Of a stretch of 64,000 nucleotides of DNA, positions 1-13,100 are shown in pieces (position 1 is the first letter of the stretch; each line of letters starts with the position of its first letter). This stretch comes from Phoronis australis. Its lineage: Eukaryota; Animalia; Phoronida. A model generated the notes under the pieces. That model did no database searches, was not told where the DNA came from, and saw only the letters and a list, made by a program, of their open reading frames with translations. The DNA is taken from assembly GCA_002633005.1 (NCBI GenBank), contig NMRA01000625.1, forward strand, positions 62,001 to 126,000. Direction: 5' to 3'. A program made the position numbers and the translations under genes.

Positions 1-450
1 AAAAGTGAAAAGTAAGGATATCAGTGGTAAAAACAAAACGATGTCGCCTATCAGCGTCCAATTTCTCGCTCATCGAGGTTTTATCCTCTTTGGCGTTTTT
101 CGCTAAGACTAGAGAAAGGTCAACGTGGTTGATCCGTCCATTGCAATTGGGCACAAACTAAAATTGCACAATTTTTGAATGTGTGTGGCACACGTCAAAC
201 TGTACAATATTGCGTTGAATAGCATTAATGAACATATCAGAGTGTCCATGGGTGCTTTACTTTAGTTGCCAAAATTTAATCCATTCGATAAACCTTTAAA
301 TACAATCCAGGTTGCACTGGGGCTGTAAAAAAATACCTTGACTTGATGACATCTTATCGTACGATCAGTTATACAGCTTAAATTACGACTAACTATTTTA
401 TCATACTTACGGTTTAATTACGACTACTGCTGTGTCAGTTTACAACTTAC

Positions 451-657
451 GAGAAGAATTCATTGTAGCTCCTCTCCACCTGTCGGATGATTTTACCACA
501 AGCTTGCTCCGGTGTTTTGTCTGCATTTAACTCTGCAGCGCCGGTCAGTTGGACAAAGCAACACGTCGTCTCATCCACAGCGTCTTGGCACAAAGCAAAT
601 TCAGTCGCTTTTCTAAGCTGGGTATTTGTGGCCATAGCAGGGTATAAATTGCCCCAC
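451..657 (-). CDS. Coding exon: either a further gene A exon or the first coding exon (MATNTQLRKATEF...) of a downstream gene
   Basis: Strong polypyrimidine acceptor (tttttccttacttacccacag), GTAAGT donor, open frame, phase 2 at both ends. Confidence 0.65.
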
Positions 658-1063
658 CTGTGGGTAAGTAAGGAAAAATGAAACCACCAAAACAGCACAT
701 TATTCTTCTCAATACCGTGTGAGGGCGTATTAGGTCAGTGGTAAGGACGGGAAGACTGCGCTACCTTTTGAAATTTGTATATGCATGCTTACAAACGATA
801 GAATGCGTTTTTTCAAAATCATTCTAATCAACTGCTCTACATAGACGCGCACGTGCCCAAGACCAACTTACAGGTAAGGACGGTTGATTTTCCCTTGCAT
901 ATGCGCATGCGCTAAGCTGAGTGTTTTTAGTGTTTTTTTACTTGTTAATACTTCCCATTCAATAATTAAAAACACACGTTAGTTGCTTCATTTTGGGACA
1001 GTTTGGCTGACTATGAAATGCGTTCAGTTTTATTCAAGTGTGTCACATAAAGGCACATGCGCA

Positions 1064-1154
1064 TCATTTCTCATTGATGCGCAGCGCCACATTTTGGCGC
1101 ACTGGTATGAAAAGAGCATCTTGTTTTGCCCTGCAACATAGCTCGTGGCGTAGC
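1064..1154 (-). CDS. Gene A candidate terminal exon
   Basis: ttttgctcag acceptor, phase 2, WLRHELCC...INEK*; AATAAA on the minus strand at 1029-1034. Confidence 0.45.
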
Positions 1155-4100
1155 CTGAGCAAAATAAATTACGATAAACGTTCCGTGAAGATATTCGACA
1201 TTAACACACAACATGAACAACGAGTAGAGCAACTTGATATGCACCCATTGTGTGCTTGCAAACAATGCAGAAACAACAGGAGATTGTTATTTTAAACAAT
1301 TCCACTTAACGAGCGATGCTAATACATTTAGTAATAGGCACTAAGTGGAGCGAAGTAAGTCAGAAATAGTGATTCTTGGAGTATAGGGAGGCGGACGGAA
1401 AAGAACATAAAAACAATTGAAAGTCCACAGGTCAAATGAACAGATGCTGTTGTTTACGTGATAGTAACGTATTTGCAAAATCAACGAACTTGGTGGATAT
1501 CAAGACAAACTCAAAAAACTGCCACCAGGCGACTTTGCATTAATCTGAATTATCCCAAAACCCACGTCAGTTGTACCACATATATTAATACTTGTACATC
1601 AATTACCTCATTTTCAAACTACAGCACCACACCATGATGATCGGGTTTTCCAATCTGAGTAAACATTTTTAAAATTATTAAGTCTTACCAGAAAATCTTG
1701 CCCAGTACTTTGTACTCTAACGACGACAGAGAAACGTCAGAGGACAACCATAAATCGTGAGTTGGTCGCGTGCAGACTGCTCCGTAACCGTAGATGTAGG
1801 TCGAAAAGTCGACTGTCTGCGACAATCTGAAATGTAGACATACATTTCATTTTACCTCTCAATTGAATTGAATAGAGTGTTAATCCACGTCCTAACGTAA
1901 GAGCACAAAAGGCAAGAAATAACTGTTTCCATTTAAACAAAATCCAGTCAGCACTGGCTGTGCTGTGCGCTTTTTGTTATTTTCACGACCCAATTGTTTC
2001 TACATTCGAATACACACCAGTCATGTTGCATTCCGACTGCAGGACTGTCAGAAAATGTTTGTGGAGGGACGGAGGAAAAAGCTACCAACAATTCATATAG
2101 AAGACATTGTCATACCGAGGAGATTTTAAAACTTATTTACAGAAAGTCGATGAATTTTTATTCATTTAAATCACACGTTATAAAAGGACTCGTGAAAATC
2201 TATTGGCCCGGCCTCAAATCCACTGGCTTCGGGCCACCGTGTATTTCGAACGCTGGCCATTGCAGTCCATTTCTGTCAAGAGCAGTTCGTAATCTTACAT
2301 GAAAAATGCGCAAATACAGAGCAAATATGAATCCGCTGAACTGGTACGTTTTGCCACGCCAAAACATTGTGCAGGTGTCAAAGTATCTTGACGTCTGCAG
2401 CTGTGTAGGACACTTACCCAACTTTATACTTCATGCTGCTGCCCAACTGAAACAGGAAAGTCTTCTTTCCTTCGATTTCACGTTTTTGATCGGCCCAACT
2501 GATGGTGAAGTCAAGGTCTAGCTGTTGAAATAAATTTGGATATAGGACGAATATTCAAGCAAACGTTACGTCATGTATAGCAACATCTACGCTTTAGCAT
2601 AGTTCTTGTCGACTCCTCGGCTCCCACGTTTCTCATCGTCGGTTTCACCATTTTTAGATAACTGGCAATTAGGACCTCACGAAGCATGCATCACCTCAAT
2701 ATATAGTGGTTTGTGTACATGACAACTGTATTATGTATAGATTCAAATTCATTGTTGCTATTGAGTTTTCCATACCTTAGTCTCGAAATTGGCTTTGCCT
2801 CGCGAAAGAACAGCAGCGAAGTCGTATATTGGGTCCACAGCTGTTGTGTTGATTTGTGTGTATTGGTGATCCATCGTCAAGCTACCGTTGGACTGACGAG
2901 TGAAGGCTGAAAGTGTCATATTGATCAGATTATAATAATTATTCACAATAAAGGTTATCCAGAAGACATCCAGAAAGTAGGCAGCAGGATGGTCACAAAC
3001 CAGATAGGAGGGAGCGACCACCTACCAGTCCTAATTAAGCTCACTCTACTAGAACAACCCTCCGTCACAAGAAAAGAGCCTAGCTGGAGCTACAAAAAGG
3101 CAAACTGGACGAAGTTTAAAAAACTGACAGGTACACTCTGCAGAAAAATTGACTCAAAGCAAGACATCAACATTAATGTCAGGCGGATTTCCAACTGCGT
3201 CCTCCAGGCGGCACGCCAGAGCATTCCAAGGGGAAGACATAGAGACTACAAACCATACTGGAGTGACCACCTCCATGACCTCGTAACATCAACAAGAGAG
3301 CAACTTGAAAAAGACCCAACCCCGGAAAACACAGCAATCTACAACCAAGCAAGAGCTGCATTTGATGAGGAAAAACAACAGAAATTCGCAAGTCCTGGCA
3401 CGAAAAGACCAGCTCTCTAAACATGGAGAAAGACAGGGAAACTGTGGCAGCTCACAAAGACCCTAAATGACGACCACCAGTGCACTCCTAGAGCAACGCT
3501 CCTAAAAGAAAATGGACAGACTTACAGTGGGAGAAGAGCCGCATCCCTGCTTGCTGAGAATTTTAGAGATGGAAGTCTCCTGGACATTCCCAGGCAGAAA
3601 ACCTGCAGAAGTCCGAACAAAGAAAACAGAGGAACTGATGAAGAGGCAACAACAACAAACTGCCAGCATGACTAACAACTTCACCATGCAAGAACTGATT
3701 AATTCCAACAGACAACTCAAGACCAAGAAGGCACCCGGAAAGGACGGCATCAGCAATGACATGATTCAACACCTTGGCAGTCTCACCAAACAGAAGCTTC
3801 TGGATATTTATAACCCGTCTTGGAGAATGGGTGTTTTTCCAGTCAGCTACAAGGAAGCCATAATCATTCCAATCTTAAAGAAGGGGAAAGACAGACACAA
3901 CAAGAGCAGCTGTCGCCCCATCAGCCTTCTCAGCTGTCCAGGCAAACTCATGGAACGCATGATCAACAAACGTCTGCAATATCACCAAGAAAAGAACAGG
4001 CTTATTAACTCCACCCAGTCAGGGTTCAGAAAGAACAGAAGCACAGAGGATCAGATCACACTGCTCACCCAAGACATAGAAAATGGCTTTCAGCAGAAAA

Positions 4101-7100
4101 TGAAGACACTAGCCGTCTTTGTGGGCCTAACTAAAGCCTTCGATAAGGTCTGGAAGGAGGGCTTACTCCTCAAGCTCCTCCAAAACAAGTATATGGCAAA
4201 ATGTATGCGTGGATTAACAGTTACCTCTTTCAAAAATCTGCGCGCGTAAAGCTGGAAAGACAGACAAGCAAGCTGATTAGGACTAGGGAAGGAGTACCCC
4301 AGGGCAGCATAATATCGCCGACACTCTTTGTTGTCTTCATTGATGACATTGCCTATGCACATTTCAAGGACTCTCCATGCAGATGACCTGCCTGTATGGA
4401 CAAAAGCACAATACATCACCACAGCAGCTTACAGAATGCCGGGAGCCATGGACATCATCCTAAACTGGGCAAAAGAGTGGATGGTCACGATCAACAGGAC
4501 CAAAACAGAGGCCACGTTCTTTTCCCTTTCTCCCCAAAAAAGAAGAGTTCTCGCTCCAGCTAGAAGGCCAGAATATTCCCCACCAAGAAACCCCAACCTA
4601 CCTTGGGGTTAAACTGGACAAGAGGCTTACTTGGGCCCCTCACATTGCTGCCATGCGCAGCAAAGCTACTAAGAATTTTGCTGTGATGAAGAAACTTGCT
4701 GGTACCAGTTGGTGTGCAAACATGAAGATCTTGACCCAAGTCTATTTATTTATTTATTTATTTATTATTGTGATATTTAAAATGAGGGTGGCCTCTTCAG
4801 TGATAGCACTGCTTTCCAAGAGGGCCCTCAACAAGAAAAACAGTAATATAATACAGTGAAGTAATAAAACAACAATGAAATATACGTAACAAAGATACAA
4901 TTAAAACAGTTAAGGTTGAGAATTAAGACAATAACTAAATGACAAATAATGGTAAAAAATTAACTAAGACAGATGAAATAAATTAAGAGATGACTCTAGA
5001 CAATGAGAGTATTTACGACAATGAAAAAATGACATGATTAAGATAGGCAGGGTATAAAAGGTTAAGTAAATTACAGCCACTTTTTAACATTAACTTTAAA
5101 GGTAGTAATTGAGTTGGACCGTTTAATTTCTGGGCTAAAAGAATTCCATATTATAGCAGCTGCATAGATAAAAGATCTCTTGCCAGTCTCGGTTTTAATT
5201 TTTTTAGAAGAAACATTGCCAGCAACAGAAGAACGTGTAGAATAAACAGCCTGACTGCTATTGAATTTACTGCTGAGATATGCTGGAGCCAAGCCATTGA
5301 TACATCTGTATATACAACAGGCAGAGAGATATTTATTTCTTTGTCTTACTTTCATAAATCCCAGCTTGGAGTACAAGTCGTCAACCCTAGTGTCCCTAAT
5401 TTTAGTACCCAGGATAGCCCTGGCGGCTCTATTTTGGATTACTTGGACTTTGTTTACAAGTGTGTCACTAGTGTGCCCCCAAACCGGTAAACAATAATCA
5501 ATATGAGGCTGAATAATACAATGGTAAAGGGTCTTAAGGGTACGGACATTAAGAAATTTGCCTAGACGTTTAAGTACACCGATTTTCTTTGATAATTTCT
5601 TTGTGATATGATCTATGTGCATATTAAATTTAAGATTGGGATCTAAAATAAGGCCCAAGTACTTAAACTTGTCAACATTCTCGATGGGAGAACCGTTGAT
5701 AGAAAGGGATAGTTTTTGTTGCTTTAATTTCTGGTGGGTTCCAAACAGCATCGACTTGGTTTTACTAACGTTAAGAGTGAGTTTATTTTGAATCAGCCAG
5801 TCATGGATAATGGCTAGCTCATTGTTGAGAGAGAAGTTTCGAGTTCTTTTACCGATCCAGCTGTGGACATAATTGCAGTGTCATCAGCGTATAAAATTGG
5901 GACAGTGTTGTGGAGGACCGTAGGGAGGTCGTTAACAAAAATAGTGAATAATAGAGGGCCCAAAATGGAACCCTGAGGTACCCCCGTGATTACGGTTGAG
6001 TAGTCAGAAAGTATACCACCGTATTTGGTGGCCTGTTTACGGTCGTATAAGTAGTTTCTAAACCAAAGGAGTTCGTTATCATTAACTCCATATGACTCTA
6101 GTTTCTGCATTAGGATACCATGGTCCACAGTGTCAAAGGCTTTCTTAAGGTCAACAAAGACAGCACCAGTTAGCCTCTCCTGATCCATATTATTAAAGAT
6201 AAACTCAGTAGCATGAATATTTGTAGTAAGAGTGGAATGCAAGGGGCGGAAACCAGACTGTGCTGCCGAGAGAAGGGAATTTTGCTCCAGGAACTGGTGA
6301 AGCTACTTTTGAACACACCTTTCAAGAATTTTGGACACTGCAGGGGGGACCGATATTGGTCTATAATTTTCGCTTGACTTTTCACCATCTTTAAAAACAG
6401 GAGTAACAACTGCCATCTTCCATTCTCTAGGAATTGTGGCCGTTTTTAAACTTAAATCCATGATGTTGGTAAGGGGCTCAGCTATGTGTTGAGACGCCAG
6501 TTTTAATAGTTTGGCATCAATGCTATCGATGCCACTGGCACTACTAGAGTTCAAAGTTTTTATTTGTTCTCGGACGTAGTCAACTTGAATGTCTTGAAAC
6601 TTAAATGATATTCCCTCTTGTGTCTTGGGTGGGAGCTCAATAGTTGACATAGTGAAATTCTCAGCAAGTTTTTGGCCGATGCCATTAAAAAAGTCATTAA
6701 ATGCATTTGCTATTTTCCTTTTGTCCGAAACAAAATCGTTTCCAATTCTAAATTCATTTGCGACAGTTTTGGACTTGTTAGGTAAAATTGATTTTATGAT
6801 TTTCCAGAGAGTTTTCCCGTTAGATTTGTTTTCATTAATAACTTGGTCGTAATACTCGGCCTTAGCCCCTTTAAGAGCATTGTTTACCTTATTTCTAGCT
6901 TTCTTAAAGATACCCCAGTCAGATGAATTTCGAGTACGCTGAGCTATTCGCTTCAGATAATCTCTCTTGCGAGTGAGAGCTATGAGGTTATCATTATACC
7001 ACTCGGGTGATTTGCCCTTTAATTTCAATTGGATTACGGGAGCATGATTATTAATTACTCTAATGAAACTTTGCTTGAAAATCGTCCAAGCGGCATCCGG

Positions 7101-10100
7101 GTCAACAGCGGTGGTAACGGCGCCCCAATCAATCGCCTGTAAATATCTGAGAAAGTCTTCGTTATCGAACGTGCGATCGAACGCTTGGCAATGATACGTG
7201 GCGGAAACCTACGGCGACAAGTCTTATACGCTGTGAAAACAAGATTATGATCACTAATCCCAATGGGTATACTATCAAATGTAAAAACTTTGTCAACGTT
7301 TGATACAACAATAAGATCAAGGCATGTGGAAGTTTTGTCGGTAACCCTTGTGGGCACGTTAATAATATTCTTCATCCTCAACTCTCGTTCCCATGCCCTA
7401 ATCTTACCAACTGTCTTTTTACACAAAACATCATAATTAAAATCACCAGTAACAATAAAATCTTTGCTAGTGTGAGCTTGATTATGAACAATATTTTTTA
7501 AATGATCAGTCAATTTTTCTGTGTATTCTGCGTTTGCAGAGGGTGGTCTGTAGACTGAACCAATAATCAAATTCTTCGATTTTGGAATATCAATCTCAAC
7601 CCAGAGCGACTCCACCTGTTCGTCATGGTGCTGGAGCTGACGGCTAGTTAGTCCTTCTTTCGTGTAGATGGCAACACCACCACCTTTCCTGTTACGGTCG
7701 TTCCTATTCAATTCAAAGCCGTCGATGACGATCTCGGAATCATCGTTTCATTCAAGCAAAGAATATCGATGGGTTTTTGACTCATAATAAAACGCATATC
7801 ATAAATTCGGTCACTAAGCGACACTATATTAAGGTGTCCAATACGGAGACCTTTGGTGTATTTTAAATCAGATAGAATATCGGGACCATGGTCACTCAGG
7901 ATACTGCCAGAGATTGACGGGGATGATTCATTAATGTTTTTGGTTGTGAACAACGAGTCACTAAAATGTCATCTTTCTGTCCAGGACCGTAAAAAGCCTC
8001 ACTGTTATTGGTAGCAGATTCAGTGACTAGGGGGAGTCCCACATTAAAAGCCTCATGCCAGCCAATTACATTGTCATGGTGCATCTCTGGTTGGAAACAT
8101 GGATAGACACAATGCGGGAAACAATGCAATTGTCCCAAATACATAGCAGTAGCAATGCAGTGGGTTATCACCTGTTGAGTTCTGTTCAGCTGAATGCTGC
8201 ACCTTGAATAGCAACCAGGAATACCCTTGGGAAGGGTACACAGCAGGATATCGGTATGGCAGCAAAAATTTTCATCGATACTCACAAAGTTCACCGAGAA
8301 AATACAGTGAAACCACAAAACACAGTTCTGTGGCAGTCCACTCATCAGATCCTTCGAAATTAAAGCTTTCGTTGGAACCCAAATATACATCAATCAGAAC
8401 GGTTATGACTTTTCAATTCTCTTGAAACACGGAGCAATTAACAGCACGTTACAGGTCACAGGACGTACAAGCCTTGTCTACACGGGATCTGTCAGACCTC
8501 AGGTGGAGTATGCCTCTAATGCATGGTCTACAGCTGCCAAAACCAACACAGGAAACTTAGCCAGGGTCCAGAATACTTGTCTGCGCTTAATCACGGGAGG
8601 CATGAAAACCACCCCCATCATGGAAATGGAGAAGACGGCAGGCTTAAGCTCATTGGAAGAAAGACGGGATGAGAAACTCCTGAGACAGGGCGAAAAGATG
8701 AAGCGGCTTCCATCATATCCACTGCACTCCAAACTTCAATCCCCGACCTAAAACCGCATCAAGAGGCAGAGCCCAAACCACCTCATCAAGTCACTTCAGC
8801 AGAAACATCAACATCTGCTATCCTCAATCAACCAACCACTAGAAATGCTCCAAGACTTTGAAGAATGGTCCCTGTACGTTCCCCACATCATTCTCGACAT
8901 CCCTGGAGGCAGTCCTGAAGGCCCTCACCCTAGAAACCCTAGACAGAGACTACCCTACCACCACCTGGACCCGAGTTTATAAAGATGACTCTGCAGAGAG
9001 GCTGCCAGAAATGGGAGAGGTGGGGTATTCATCAAATACCCAGACGGCAGCACTCTGCCCAAGTCCATTGCCACGGGCCTTCACTCTACCAACTACAGAG
9101 CTGAGGAAAATGCCCTATACCTCGCAGCCCAGATACTCAACCAGCAAACGAGGCTCCCGGATCAAACAGTCTTCCTCACAGACTGCCGATCTCTTCTGCA
9201 GAGCCTCCAGACAACAGAGAGAGACCAGATCCTGCAATCCATCAAACAAGAGATGCACATTCTCAGCAGCAAAACCAGTGTTGTGCTGCAAAGGATTCCC
9301 TCCCACTGTGGCATCAGCGGCAACGAGGAAGCAGACGGACTCTCCAAGGCAGGAAGCAAACTAGAGCAGACGTAGCACCTATCGTCATATGAAGAAATAA
9401 AGACCCTCCTACGAAGTCACTTTAGAAATGCCTGGAGGGCACGCCTACATCTGGGGACTGAATAAGACTATATCCACCAGCTTGACCGGCAGGAACAAGT
9501 CACTATCTTCAGGCTAAGAACCGGCCACTGCCAGCTGCTCTCTCACATGCATCCCCTGAAAATCTCTCACACAGACGAGTGCCCTTGTGGCACTGGCCCC
9601 CAGACACCTGAGTATTTACTGCAGAGCTGCCCTACGTTCGATTCCTTAAGGCGCCAGACATTGCCCAGTCCGGTGGAACTCAAGATAAAACTGTGGGACC
9701 TGACGGCATCATTGCGGCGAACTGCAGACTTCGCCAAAAAGACCAGACTGACTATCTAAGCTACACGGCCGGGAAAGCTGAAGAAGAAGAAGAATCCAGG
9801 TTATGCAGTCGCTATTAAAGCGAGCAGCATCGAGATTACTAAGTTAATTCTAATTTTAATTACTACAGTGAAGTGATGATAGAGAAAACGCGGTTTCAAA
9901 GTAACAAGGACATATTCATCTTAGAGCAATGTCAACAGTCAACGCAGACAGTGCACTCTGCATATACTAGGTTCTAAAGTTTTTAGCTGTCTTGTCACCA
10001 CGCTGCCCTCTTGCGGACGATTGCAGCACATGTATTCAAAACAATGCCCATTGGTAAACCTCAATGGTGTTGGATGAGTAAAGGCCTCCCGCTCGGGGTA

Positions 10101-13100
10101 CTTTGTCTCATGCTAAGAACTTATGAGCTTTGCCACTAGACACCTTGTAATACAAGCTACTGTACAACGTAAATTCAATTTATGTGAAGGGCACACAAAA
10201 TCTCCGCGTTATATACAGTAAGAGCAAGACGGTTGTCCACAGAGATCAACGACGAGACGACTACATCAATGATTAGCACGCTTATTAGGATATTAACAAG
10301 GAAAGAATATCAAAAGGTTTAACTAATGCTATGACACATGCTTTGTCCCTAGCCATCTTGTAATATAAGCTACAGCGGAAATTCAACGCGCGTAGTAAGA
10401 GGAAGATGGTTGTCCAACGAGATCAAGCTTTAATGACAACAACATCAATGAGCGACACGCTTATTCGCAGTTAGGAAATCAACAATTAGAGAACATCCAA
10501 ATGTTCAATTAACGCTATAACGCATATTGTAATCAACACATATTTAAGGTTACAAAATGTTGTTAAGCAAGCAAAGTGTCTATTGAACCGGGCCCTTGTT
10601 CGCGTGGCGAAGTGGGGCTTTTTATTTTTAACCTGCGGGGGGGGGCGTTTTACCGTAAGACTGGGCATCTCGTCCTACTCTACTCTAATTACCAATAGCG
10701 TTAGACAACGGTAAATTTAAAGATCGAATTAAAAACTACTGTACTTACTCATGTTCAAAATTCCCTCTTCGTATATGTCGAATTCGAATTCGGACTGAAC
10801 TGCTTCGAAATCTATGTCCGCATTGATATACTGCGCGAAGTCATAGTTCAGATGCATCATGACGTCTTTCTTAAGAACGTCATCAAATATCATCACTGGT
10901 ATGTCGATTTTGCCTTTGGAGCTACTGATCATAACTTCAACCTTCTCACTCTTGTCCCCCTTTGTGTGAACTTTGAACTTCCGCTTGAGTTTGATGACGC
11001 CATTAATCTAAAATGACATGAAGTGATGTTTCAATGTTCATAATAATGGTGAATATCCTTACGATTATATAGAGCCATATTGACAGGTTTGCGAATTTAG
11101 CCAAATGTCTACAAAACTATAGATTTTAAGCCAGTAAAAGTCTTTATGTTTTGAAAGCAGAAACCTGTGTTTTTACTTTCTACCAATCTGAACACAAGTT
11201 TAAGTTTAAACGTTGCCTCGTCGTTTTAGAAAGAACGTTCGGACGCCCTGAGCAATTATTTTACAAGTGGGGTGAAATCATAATATAATGGCGTCGTAAG
11301 TTCTTTTACTCCGGGGACAAAATAAGTCAGCCGCAGTACTCCTTAATTTGCCTAGTACTCGGTTAACTCATTCCATACTTTGCGTATCAGTTTCAAATGT
11401 GTCATACAGCTGTGTACCTTACCTTCACTTCGAAATCTATGATTTCACGCTTTTTGATCACCAGTTTGCTGCAACATACGAAAAAAGACAGTGTCAAATC
11501 TATTAATCGACCAGGAGTTTGCTCTACGAGCTGGTCCATTAAAACGCAAAGGGGCTAGACCGCAATTTCCGACGGATCAAAGTTCGCGGTATCCCTAAAA
11601 TGCTCGGATGGCCGGCGCCTCTTTAAAAAGCCTTTGTTATTTCGATTTTTTCCATGTAAGTCATTTACTGAAGCGTTTTGAACCCCTGAGCCCCGTAGAA
11701 TCGCCTGGCAAAGACTTTTCCAAAACTGAAGGCGAACAGTGTGTCACTTAAAGGCACAATGTGAGGGGGAACGTCTTGATTCGTTGTCACGATTTCTTTT
11801 TGTAATAATTTTGCATGTTTGTAAAACATTGACAAGCAAATATGAGAAGAAACCCGCTGTAGTTGATAAAGAATACTCACGTGGATGTATCGCCCTCAAG
11901 TGTGGCGTAGCATTCCTTGCAGTAAAGGTCCCACCAATTGTTGCTGTTCTTCGGAGAATACTGCGACTGTTGCGACTGGTCGTAGAACTTAACCTGCTTC
12001 TCAGATGAGTCAATGCGTGCGCTCTTGTCAAACTTTTTTATGTTACTATTCCAGTTGGATGACAGCGAAAGATGTTGATCTGGCTCGAAGATTGACTTGG
12101 TTCGCGTTCCTTGGGTGAGTCTCAGAATAAGGTCGTCGTTGGTCATCACTGATCGGCGAACGCGGTGTCTGTGCTCTTCCTTCTCCGCATCAGGGACTCC
12201 CGTCCAGTCTCCTCTCTTGTGGTGGACGGTGTATTCCAGCTCCTCGAAGTTGTCAGCAAATCTAAAGAGAGTTGTTACAGCTGATATAATATACGCAGAG
12301 GAAAAAATAGTAGCAGTGACTTGTATTTAACGCTGGAGTATCCGCGCGCTGTAGTTTTTGAAAAAGTTCTCGATGACCACAACAAAATTATAACAATTGG
12401 GGTGTCCAAGTTTACTCCCGTCTTTACACCATGAATTGTTTGACTAGTTTGATGCTATACCATGGATTAAAAATTGCTGAAGGTCACGTTACATGACCTC
12501 TTGCAGCACAAAGAACGAAGAACAATGAAACCAAAAAATTGGAGGAATTTGAATTCCCAACTTCGATTTCGAGTAGCAGTTTGCGTAGCGCACATGCGTT
12601 TTAACAGTATATAAGTACCATTACATACATTCCATTCAGTCTACAAGAAATTATCTGTATAACGAAAATTTCAATCTATCAAAGTTCAGTATATAATGTG
12701 AGGAGATTTTGCAATTCAAAATTGCTGCATAAGTCTCAGCGCAAGTGCTTCATTTAAGGAGATACAAACGGTATTACTGACGAAAAAAAAACACGTTTTG
12801 GGGTTATTTTGATTAGAATTGGCTTCTAGACGTTATCTTTGATCAGAGCTATAAAACACGAATCTATTGCGCCAAGGTATGTATTGATGTCTGCTTGAAA
12901 ATGTTATCCTCATGAGCCTTTCCTTACATTGCAATAAGGTTTTGCTCCATGAGACTGTATTGCTTGGCGTTTCCATCTTTGTAGTCAGTTTTGCCACAGT
13001 CTACAAACAAATTTCAAGAAGCTGATTCCCACTTACCCTGCTGGCACGGTAAATATAAACAGGTGACCCTTGCCGAACAAGATTCCCTTAACTTTCTGGT

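Noticed and set aside
2989-9759. LINE ORF fragments as host genes
   Set aside because: All are frameshifted pieces of the two retrotransposons
12925-13000. Extra gene A exon after a 36 nt intron
   Set aside because: The intron is too short, the in-phase reading hits a stop, and exon 2 already joins exon 3 in phase
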